Shown here one piece after another: positions 10,636 to 20,618 of a DNA stretch of 64,000 nt (the first letter of the stretch is position 1; each line of letters starts with the position of its first letter). Position numbers and translations under genes: made by a program. The notes beneath the pieces are model-generated. The model worked only from the letters and a program-made list of their open reading frames with translations. It searched no databases and was not told where the DNA came from. Source of the DNA: Dudresnaya verticillata (taxonomy: Eukaryota); assembly GCA_977862235.1 (NCBI GenBank), contig OZ374561.1, positions 2,170,001-2,234,000 of the forward strand, given 5' to 3'.

Positions 10636-11709
10636 TCATGAAACAATGTGTGGCACAGAAAGGATCACATCCGTGCCACAGGTCCCGGAGCGGTTGTCAA
10701 TCTTGATCCCAAAGTCGCACAGAGCAAACTTATCGGTGTCCGGAAGTCGAGTCCCGTCATGAATGAGCTCGAAAAACTGCTTCGCAATACCATGTCGTGA
10801 TTCGACAATATCCCAAAACTGAGTCAAGCTGGTCCGGTCCGTGTTCACACGGACTGCATACCAAACCTTCGGATCCCAAGTCTGGACGATCACCGCTCTA
10901 TCATACGGCAGACCGACAGGTCGTTGCCACCACCTGCCTCTTTCTCGTACAGACCTCACCTCAAGAGGTCCTACGCCCTCAAGTAGAGTGACGCATTCCC
11001 CTTCCAAGTACGGGAGATACACGAAAGGCAGCAGGTGTGTCTTCAACCCGTTAATTCTAGCAGAGACATTCACAACTCCCATGCACACACCATCATCCAA
11101 GAAGCTCAGCGTGCTCGTCGAAGCATCATATAACATGCCCACAATATCACCCTCCCGCATTTGCCGGCCATATGCGACACGCTTCCCAGCAATGCAAGCA
11201 CGGCCGAAGCAATCGAAGCTCCAACTCTTCTTACGCTCAACCGTTCCAAAGCCCATTGCCGACGGGGTTGCGACACCGATCTCGATGCGGTGTCCACAGA
11301 AGCGATCGATTCGGAATCGCCAATACGCTGACGTGGAGGCAACGCATCGGTCAAACAAGACGAAGGCGTCTCCAGGATCGCTTGTCTTGCGCAAGGTGAG
11401 GCGGCCGGAGCGGTGATGATGCGTCAGGGCGATGCCTCTGTTGGCGGGACGCTTTGCACGACGTGACAAGGCGGCGGGGAGGGCGACACTGCCGTATGGA
11501 CCGACTTGGCGCACGACTGCGGCAATGCGTTTGCTCGTTTGCGCAAGGGCCTGGGTGTGGTGCTGGCCGGCGTCGTGCACATGGGTGATTATCTGCAAGA
11601 GGATCTCGGTGGGGAGCGTTTGTAGGTTCGGAGACGAGCTACTCGGGATTACCGCTGTTTGAGGCTTGCCGTGTTGAGGTGCGGGGGTGGGGAGCGTTGT
11701 GCGAAGCAT
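10636..11709 (-). CDS. F-box + SPRY domain protein with C-terminal ubiquitin-like domain (357 aa)
   Basis: F-box LQTLPTEILLQII; SPRY YWRFRI...IEIGVA...GDIVGMLYD...LSFLDDG...LLPFV; C-terminus GIAKQFFELIHDGTRLPD...LCDFGI is UBL-like. Start taken at ATG 11709 (uncertain). Confidence 0.75.
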   Translation of the reverse strand: MLRTTLPTPAPQHGKPQTAVIPSSSSPNLQTLPTEILLQIITHVHDAGQHHTQALAQTSKRIAAVVRQVGPYGSVALPAALSRRAKRPANRGIALTHHHRSGRLTLRKTSDPGDAFVLFDRCVASTSAYWRFRIDRFCGHRIEIGVATPSAMGFGTVERKKSWSFDCFGRACIAGKRVAYGRQMREGDIVGMLYDASTSTLSFLDDGVCMGVVNVSARINGLKTHLLPFVYLPYLEGECVTLLEGVGPLEVRSVRERGRWWQRPVGLPYDRAVIVQTWDPKVWYAVRVNTDRTSLTQFWDIVESRHGIAKQFFELIHDGTRLPDTDKFALCDFGIKIDNRSGTCGTDVILSVPHIVS

Positions 11710-12445
11710 TGTGGATGAGCGTCGATGTCGAAAGCGTCGGGTGTTGCGGAGTGCGACCGGGGAGACAAAGTGCAGTGCGCAAAGGGACGGGAAAGTTGAG
11801 ATGATGCGCAGTTGCAGTGGAGGGTGATACATGTAGCGTGATACAGCAGCACGGTGCCCGAAATCTGGTGACAGAAAAGTTTTTCCGGGTTTGGATTGCA
11901 GGGGCCAGCCACCTAACGCAATGGCCCCGGACACCCGGTGCCGCCGCTGTGGCACTGTCATTGGGCTCCACGGCCCGTTTGATATCTGTGATATTTTCGT
12001 GACAAGGCCGTCCGTCCAATGGGTCCGCAATACCAGTGGAAATGTGTATCGAGTTTGGAAATCTAAAATGCGATGGCCTGCTGATGACTCTGTATCCCGC
12101 GGCCGCTGACTAGACACCACGCGTGTACGCCGCCAGCCCAACGCACTCTTTCTGCGGTCTTCTCTTCTGCCGACGTTCCTTCTTGCGGTTGCTGACGGCT
12201 TTTGGGTCTTGTTCCTTGGGCAACCGCCAGTTTCAGCTCACGAACCGTGTAAACAATGGATTTCTCAGTTACTGTAGAGGCAGTTCTTGACCATTACGCA
12301 TATGACTCGTGTGGCAGCGACACCTCTGCGAATACAGTAGCACCCAAGAGCATCATGATGCGAATGCGGGGACAAAGGACACCCAGAAAAAGTTCGCGAA
12401 GAATATTAGTGATGTGTCAAGGGCTCGTCGTCCACGGGCTTGAAT

Positions 12446-13437
12446 TGTTGAGGACATGGTCGCTGGCGCCTCACGTCACGGGTCAGGTACCCCAGATGGT
12501 ACCCTGGCACGCTTTCACCAAACCTTCCGGAGACGACAGCCCTTTTTCCGGGCTTCCAAAATCACGGCGCATTTAGGCCTTTTGCAAAAGCAACGTGAAA
12601 CGGGCTTCTGATTGGTTGTTACAAACCGCCTCCATGGTCTATATGGCTTACAAGTGTTGTGCTGGAATTGGCGGTTATAACAGGAACGGCCAAGTGGAAC
12701 GATCTGATTGGACCACATGGATGCACGTGGTATGGCATGGAATGGTACTGGTATGACGCGCACTGTACTCCACAAGTACACATGAACGTGCCATGCAATG
12801 TGCTGATGGCGTCTGAGTTGGTACTGCAGGGACTTGCGCTACGTGGAGCCTGGCTTGTGATATCAGCAGATGCAGTTGTCGTGCGGCCGACACGTTGGTT
12901 TACAGTTGCCACGTAGCTGTCGTGCGGCCGACACGTTGGTTTACAGCTGCCACGTAGGCAAATCTGGGTGATTACGTGGTCAATGATCCAAGTTGGATAT
13001 TCATGGACGGACTTCAGCTCGTAAGTGCGGCCACGTGGTGTGCAGTGTTGTCCGACAGCAGCCATGCGGGGACACTCGATACTTTCGAGTTCCCGCCCAA
13101 AGTTGGAGTACATATGGATGGCAGGAAATGCGGTCGCAAGAGGGATTGCTGATGTCAGCAGTTAGCAACACTGGTGTGCAAGTTCCCGCCCATTTTGGTG
13201 GCGGATGTGAGTGTGCTGAGAGTATGATTTGGTAGATTTGATTGCTTTACTTTTTCCCACCCATTTGATGATAGGGATTTTGGGCGTTTCTTTAATGATT
13301 TGTTTTGTTTGTGTTCACGCAGCAACTCATCCGAAAAGCTGATATAAGCCTTGTCGCATGGTCGACTGCAGTAAACGAAGTCAAGCGACTTCCATTTCTC
13401 ATCTTGTTCAACTCCAACCTCTCCATATTCCTTTTCA
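12446..13437 (+). repeat. 5' LTR (992 bp)
   Basis: Runs TGTTGAGGAC...CCTTTTCA and matches 18693-19684 at offset 6247. No mismatch found by eye, and the ORF-track peptides from the two copies are identical. Confidence 0.97.
12877..12957 (+). repeat. 41-bp tandem duplication inside the LTR (also 19124-19204)
   Basis: TGTCGTGCGGCCGACACGTTGGTTTACAG(T/C)TGCCACGTAG occurs twice with one internal mismatch. Confidence 0.92.
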
Positions 13438-13451
13438 GGTTATGGGCCCAG
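13438..13451 (+). promoter_or_regulatory. Primer-binding site GGTTATGGGCCCAG (internal half-tRNA-iMet type)
   Basis: Immediately follows the 5' LTR. Lacks the TGG of CCA-end PBSs and matches the PBS type known for Drosophila copia. Confidence 0.85.
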
Positions 13452-14373
13452 AAGGTCGACCTACGCAGACTTCATCGCTTCGCTGCAACCTTCTTCCTTT
13501 TTCTTTTCATTCTTGATACTGTCCTGTCGCGTCCTGGCCTGTCCTGTCTGCTTGTGTCCTGTCCTGTCGGCTTGTGTCCTGTCCTGTCTGCTTGTTGTCT
13601 GTTGAAAGTGGTCCCTATCCCACTGTGTCGGCTTGTGTCTCTGATTTTGTGAGAGAGTTCTCGAGGCTCTCGTCCGCTGTTGTCTTGGTCCGTGAGCTTG
13701 CTGAGAGGTTGAGTGTTGTGCGTGGTGACTCTCGTTAAGTCAGGACCTCGTTGGCCTAGGGGAGCAGCCTCCAGTAAGATCCAGAACCTTGACACGGTTG
13801 GGCCTAGTTCCATTCCTGCAAGAGACTGGACCTGTTCGTGTGGTGAACACTCGTTTTGAGTTAGTACCCATAAGGTGGACGTCTCGTAAGGATTGCATAC
13901 TTCGTGTCTGTGTGCGCACGACACGAAAGGGCTGCTGAAAGACGCATTTCACCCGGAGAATCATATCCGGGGGCCAGGAGTCCGACTCCTAGGGGTGACT
14001 AGGTAGAACCTGGTGCGAGAACATCCCGCGTCAAAAAGACGTTCAACTATCAAGAATCAACTTTTCAACTTCAAGTTTCAACTTTTCTTCTTCAGTCCAG
14101 GTGATCCCATCATCACCAGAGAGTTTCATTACTCCAAGCGTGGGAGCTACTTGGCAAAGTGTGCTCCGCTTGTGACTGTATTATATTACCGACGTGTTCG
14201 ACACATTTCTCAGTTTCGTCGTCACGTCTTCGTTGTGTGAGCTGCACTGCTCTGCTTAACACGACTATTACCCTCTGGGCATCGGCACTGTAGCACTAAC
14301 AGCACTGCACCAAGTTCACCAAGTTTTCTAAAACTATTCAAGTTATCTCTTCTCACCATCAGTCCCAACAGCG

Positions 14374-17300
14374 ATGACTGATACCGAAGCCGAGATGGAT
14401 ACTTTGAGCGGGGTCAAGATACCCCGTTTCCACGGCAGGAGAGGTTACGACTACGGTCTCTGGCGTCATCGCCTTCGTGCCGCATGCCGCATCAAAGGGG
14501 TTTGGAATGTTGTCCACACCTCAAACGACACACCGAGCAGCTCACAGTCAACTGGAGAGGCCTCAGCGGATACTTCCATTCTTCACGCCAGAACCTTGGC
14601 CAAACGTGAGAAGGCTTGCGGGATCATTATCTCCGCACTTGGTGATGCTCCGCTTCGTGTCGTTATGGAGGTTGATGATGACCCCAAACGCATGCTGGAG
14701 CTATTGGACTCGCGCTATGCGTCCAGTCGAACCGTATCCCGTATCGCCGTACAGACCAAGCTATTCCGTATGACGTACACCGGTCAGAATATGTCCAGCT
14801 ATGTCGACCAGTACACGTCACTGTTCGCCCAACTCGACCGCATGGGCAACGACTCGGCGATACCGGAGACACATAAGGCACCTATGCTGCTTGCTTCCAT
14901 TGATCCGTCCTGCCACCTGGAGTCAACAGCTGCAGCTCTTCGCACCAAAGATGCTGCTAAGCTGACTTGGGACTACGTCGCAACCACGCTGATCGATGAG
15001 TACAACGCCAAAGATTATCATGGATCAAACGCAGGTGGGAGATCCAGTAAGTCGAAGAGTCGTCGGAAGAAGAAAAAGAAGTCCGCGTCGTCAGGTTCTC
15101 GACAGCAACACAACACGCTGGATGACAACGACGACTCCGATGACTCTTCTGATATTGAATCCACCGTCCGTGCGTTGGCGGTTGCACTCAAGTCCGCCAA
15201 GCAGGCTCACTCCACCCCGAACCGGCACCTTCACTGTGATGTTTGCGACAAGGATGGACACACCGCGGATCGATGCTATCTCAATCCGGAAAATCCTAAC
15301 AACAAGCTTCCTCCAAAGGTGCGACAGATGTTCACCAACCAGGGCAAAAAGGGCAACGCCAACTCGGCGGTAGCTGCATCTGGTAAGAATAATGGTAAAT
15401 CTGCAAAGGTAGAAATCGCCGGTGCATCGGTTGAGATGACTACTGTTGTTCCTCCGAACGACCAAGGAACGTATGCCGACAGTGGAGCAACGGTGCATTG
15501 CTTCCACTCAATGACTTCTTTTGTACCGAGCTCAGTATCGCGCTGCGAAAAGCGTACTGTAGTGCTTGCGGACAAGTCGTCTGTCACCTCAGACCTATGT
15601 GGAGATGTGATTCTGCCGTTTGAGCATGCCAATATTCGGCTCAAGAAGGCCCTCTTCATCCCGCAGATGGGATACAATCTTGTCTCTACTGGGCGTTTGG
15701 CAGATAAAGGAATTGAATCCCACTTTCGCCGCTTGGACGTGCGCTTGGTACTCGACTCTGATGGGTACTATATTGGATCCGGTGTTCGCGATGCGAGTTC
15801 TGGAATGTACATGCTACCAGAACCCGAGCTGCACACTTCGGAGGAGCAAGTACTGGCTGTCCCCAGCACGCAGCAGCAAACTACTGAGCTCTGGCATCGA
15901 CGTCTTGCCCACATTAATTTTCGGGACTTGGCCAAAGTGCACGAGCATGTTGAGGGTGTTCCGGAGTTGGGCTCCACTCATGAAGTGTGTCGGGCTTGTA
16001 GACTTGGGAAAGCACACAAACAATCATTCCCAGGGCACTTCCGCCCGGCCAAAGCTGTCGGTGATCTCGTGCATTCCGACATTGTTGGTCCAATCCAGAT
16101 CTCCTTTCCCGATCGTTTCCGGTATGCCACGACGTTTCTGGATGATAAATCCCGTTTCTTGGTCGTCGCATGTATGAGAAGTCACCGTATGTTGAGTGCA
16201 GCATTTGATCAAGCTTCAGCAAAGTTTACCGAGCTTGGAGGAGCGGAAATAACAAAACTCCACTCAGACGGGGCTCAGGAGTATTTGGCTTTGCAGAAAG
16301 ATTTGGGAGGAGTTGGAGACAGTGGCAAATCCTTCTCCCCACCTTATACTCCGGAGCTCAATGGAATCGCGGAAAGGGTGAACCGAACCATGGTGGAAGC
16401 TGCCCTGACTTTGCTGATCCAGGCTGATCTACCGGGATGTTTGTGGCCGTTTGCACTGAAGCATGTCAACTACGTGCGCAATCGGGTACCACACTCAACC
16501 GTTGGGGCTACGCCATACTCGGTCATGACAGGTGATGTTCCTGATTTAAAACATTTAAGAGTGTTTGGATGTGCTGCATATGTCCTAAGGCTCCCACGCG
16601 GATCCAAGTTCGAGTCTCGTGCACTTGAGGGGGTGCACTTGGAGACTCTAGAGCATGGGATCTACAGGATATTGGTCACTGGCGGTGACGGTATACCTCG
16701 TGTGGTTGAGTCGCGGCATGTCACATTCGACGAGTCCAAATTCCCGGGTGCTCCAAGCCTGTTGGAATATGGGCAGGGCGAGGCAGATTCGGATGAAGAT
16801 TACGAGTCTAACTCAGAGGCCTCTATTTTCAACTCGGACTCTGATGACGATGTGTCGCTGGGTAACTTTGAGGATGAAGAGGATGCAATTGAAGTTGACA
16901 CACCTTCTTCACCTCCACTACCTCCATCAGAACCCAGCTCATTCGAATCTGATGACACGGCTGAGGAAGAAAACGTCTCTGACAGTCCTCCGGCTGGTGT
17001 GAGTTCAGATCCAGAACGCCAGCAACAGAGTCGATATCCTCGTCGCCAACGTCGCCAGACGTCGAAATGGTTTATGGCAAGCTCTGAACAAGCTGAACAA
17101 CAGGTTGCCCTCACAACGGGAGATGAGCCCACTCTTCGAGAGGCCATGTCTGCCACTCCGGAGGAGCGCGGGTTGTGGCAATCTGCCATTGATGATGAGT
17201 TCGCATCCTTGGAATCCAAAGGCACTTGGGTCCGTGATGACAGTCCCGGTGCACAGCCGCTTCCAACGCACGCCGTGCTGAAAGTTAAACGCAAGTCCGA

Positions 17301-18698
17301 CGGGACCGTCGAGCGCTTCAAAGCGCGGGTCGTCGCTGGTGGAAACTTCCAGACGTATGGTGAAGACTACATGGAAACATACGCCCCAGTTGTGTCGTTC
17401 TCGCTGGTGCGCATGTTCCTATACTTGGTACTGTGTTTGAACCTGTTTGTTGCACAGCTAGACGTGAAGACGGCTTTCCTGAATGGTGATCTGGCAGAAC
17501 ACGTGTGGGTAATGTCACCGCGTGGGATTCCTGGAAGGGAATCTCTCTGTTACAAACTTCTGAAAGCTATGTATGGGCTAAAACAGGCTCACCTAGCTTG
17601 GCACACCAAGCTGTGTGGTGACCTTGCTAGGATGATTTTGAGGAATTGCCAAGTGCACCTTGCGTGTTTCGTCGCAAATCCAAGTCTTCTGGATACGCAT
17701 ACATCTTGGTGTACGTTGATGACTTGCTCATCCTCGCGCCCACAAAATCGGAGAGAGACGCCATTGTTAAGGAGCTGCAGGGCCTCTACGATCTACGGCT
17801 GTCTGAAGGGGTTGACCTCTTCCTCGGAGTCGAGCTTGGATGGAAGCTAGACTCTGATGGCAGATTTGTGTCCCTCAAGATGACTCAACAGGTCTACACG
17901 GAAAGTGTTCTTCGTCGATTTGGGCTTCACAACTCTAAGCCGGCTTGTACGCCAATGGTTGAGTCTTTCTTCACTGGACTTGCCGCCGAAGAGGACAAGG
18001 CCGTCGTGTCGGTTGAGACGTACCAGCAGATGATCGGGTCACTTCTGTACTTGGGGCTTCGCACAAGGCTGGACATTTTGGCCTCTGTGCTTATCCTCGC
18101 ACGGTTCCAGAAGGCTCCAACTGAGTACTGTCACCGTGGTGCAAAGAGGGTTCTGCGATATCTTCGAGGCACTCACAAGCATGGAGTTACGTACCAGTCC
18201 GGAAGCATTCGTATCCAAGCTTATGTGGACGCTGACTATGCCGGTGACACCACAGACCGAAAATCTATGTCTGGTTACATGGTGAAACTGGGAGATGCAG
18301 TGTGTATTTGGGGATCCAAGAAGCAGTCAACTGTTGCTCTCTCAACTTGCGAGTCGGAGTACTATGCAATGACTCTGGCTGCGAAAGAGACGGTTTGGGT
18401 CACGCGAGTGCTGAAGGAGGCTGACTTGAACGTCGAAGGTCCGGTTCCATTGAGATCAGACAACCAGTCTGCCATCAATTGGGCTACTGGAGAACGCTGT
18501 CCGTCTGGTCGTGCCAAGCACATCGACGTTCGTGTACACTTCATTCGCGAACTTGTCGCCGACTCTGTTCTGGAAGTGGTGTATGTGCCGTCAGAAGACA
18601 ACGACGCGGACTTGCTGACAAAGCCACTCGGGCCCAATTTGCTCAATAGGATTCTACCAAGGGTTGGAATTGGAGGAGCCATCGAGGAGGAGTGTTGA
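14374..18698 (+). pseudogene. Copia gag-pol polyprotein with one frameshift near 17635 (ORFs 14374-17850 and 17646-18698)
   Basis: Zn knuckle CDVCDKDGHTADRC; protease YADSGAT; LWHRRLAH/CRAC; integrase HSDIVG, LHSDGAQEY, NGIAER; RT KARVVAGG and LDVKTAFL, then YVDDLL and RNase H DADYAG/ESEY/DNQSA/KHID/ADLLTK in a second frame. Restoring one base after AGG ATG gives ...LARMxFEELPSAPC. Confidence 0.9.
18672..18692 (+). promoter_or_regulatory. Polypurine tract
   Basis: GGAGGAGCCATCGAGGAGGAG abuts the 3' LTR; the pol stop codon lies within the first LTR bases (GAG TGT TGA). Confidence 0.75.
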
Positions 18699-19684
18699 GG
18701 ACATGGTCGCTGGCGCCTCACGTCACGGGTCAGGTACCCCAGATGGTACCCTGGCACGCTTTCACCAAACCTTCCGGAGACGACAGCCCTTTTTCCGGGC
18801 TTCCAAAATCACGGCGCATTTAGGCCTTTTGCAAAAGCAACGTGAAACGGGCTTCTGATTGGTTGTTACAAACCGCCTCCATGGTCTATATGGCTTACAA
18901 GTGTTGTGCTGGAATTGGCGGTTATAACAGGAACGGCCAAGTGGAACGATCTGATTGGACCACATGGATGCACGTGGTATGGCATGGAATGGTACTGGTA
19001 TGACGCGCACTGTACTCCACAAGTACACATGAACGTGCCATGCAATGTGCTGATGGCGTCTGAGTTGGTACTGCAGGGACTTGCGCTACGTGGAGCCTGG
19101 CTTGTGATATCAGCAGATGCAGTTGTCGTGCGGCCGACACGTTGGTTTACAGTTGCCACGTAGCTGTCGTGCGGCCGACACGTTGGTTTACAGCTGCCAC
19201 GTAGGCAAATCTGGGTGATTACGTGGTCAATGATCCAAGTTGGATATTCATGGACGGACTTCAGCTCGTAAGTGCGGCCACGTGGTGTGCAGTGTTGTCC
19301 GACAGCAGCCATGCGGGGACACTCGATACTTTCGAGTTCCCGCCCAAAGTTGGAGTACATATGGATGGCAGGAAATGCGGTCGCAAGAGGGATTGCTGAT
19401 GTCAGCAGTTAGCAACACTGGTGTGCAAGTTCCCGCCCATTTTGGTGGCGGATGTGAGTGTGCTGAGAGTATGATTTGGTAGATTTGATTGCTTTACTTT
19501 TTCCCACCCATTTGATGATAGGGATTTTGGGCGTTTCTTTAATGATTTGTTTTGTTTGTGTTCACGCAGCAACTCATCCGAAAAGCTGATATAAGCCTTG
19601 TCGCATGGTCGACTGCAGTAAACGAAGTCAAGCGACTTCCATTTCTCATCTTGTTCAACTCCAACCTCTCCATATTCCTTTTCA
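18693..19684 (+). repeat. 3' LTR (992 bp)
   Basis: Direct repeat of 12446-13437, followed by TSD TGAAT. Confidence 0.97.
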
Positions 19685-20618
19685 TGAATGATCGGTAGGT
19701 CCTGACCTCTCATACAAATACTTTTTACGCTCCTTGGCGCCGGCTTTTTGCATGGTCTCGTTCATCGTGGAAATCAGAGCTGACTTCTGGGCTGTTTTTT
19801 TCCCTTCGGATAGAAGCTACAGGTTCGACCTTACGGCTCTGAATTGTTCATCTCGTAGAGAGACGTGCCAGCCGTGACAAATTGCTACCCCAGCCCTCTT
19901 TGCGCATAATACATGTAGCAGTTCTTGCAGTTCGCATCTGTGATGTTTCATTGTGACCTTCATCACGCTTGCTAGCCATTATGCACCATTTTGCTACTGT
20001 ACTGTGCGCTTCTTAAATTCTTTCTGCTCCCTGTGCAGGACATGCACGAAACAAAGTTGCAGGTCATCCTCAGCCCCCACATGAACGTGAATTGTTAGAA
20101 ATTGGCTAACAGCCCCATCCTAGCTCGAACAGCTGAAACGATACAACCTACAGTAATATGGAGATGTCAATGGAGTCAGTGGAGAAGGGGAGAAGATCCT
20201 AAAACAAGAACGCTTGTCTGTGCGCGGTTCTGCGCAGTTGTTGACATGAAGACACATGCTGGAGCTTTACCGGTGACATGTGGAATAGTTATTTTTCGCA
20301 GCTCTTTTGACTGTGTGATTTTCCCGACCACATGACAATTCTAGGATTGGACCGCGCTGCCCGCGAAGCTCCGAGGATGCTCAGGCCCGTAGCACGTCCT
20401 GCTAGATAATTGTCCTGCTACTATCTGACGGTCATAGCTCGCTTGCACATTGCCACTGCGTTCTCCCTTTCTTGATCACTAAGCTAATAACGAAAACGAT
20501 TCATGCAGGCCATTCCATCGCGATTTCCTGATTTGATAAATCGGGGTGTACAGACATACAAAAGCTGCTGCGGAAACAAGTTGCAGCGGGGAGTTAGTTT
20601 CTATCGTTGGGCCGCCTT

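Larger units (their letters stand above)
12446..19684 (+). mobile_element. Full-length Ty1/copia LTR retrotransposon (7239 bp)
   Basis: Two 992-bp direct repeats with TG...CA ends, 5-bp TSD TGAAT (12441-12445 and 19685-19689), PBS, PPT, and gag-PR-INT-RT-RH domain order. Confidence 0.98.

Noticed and set aside
12877..12957. Repeat pair as a CRISPR-like array
   Set aside because: Two adjacent copies with no spacer, inside a eukaryotic LTR, and no cas genes.
12515..13235. Small ORFs duplicated at 18762-19482
   Set aside because: They are a consequence of LTR identity and contain no recognisable domains.
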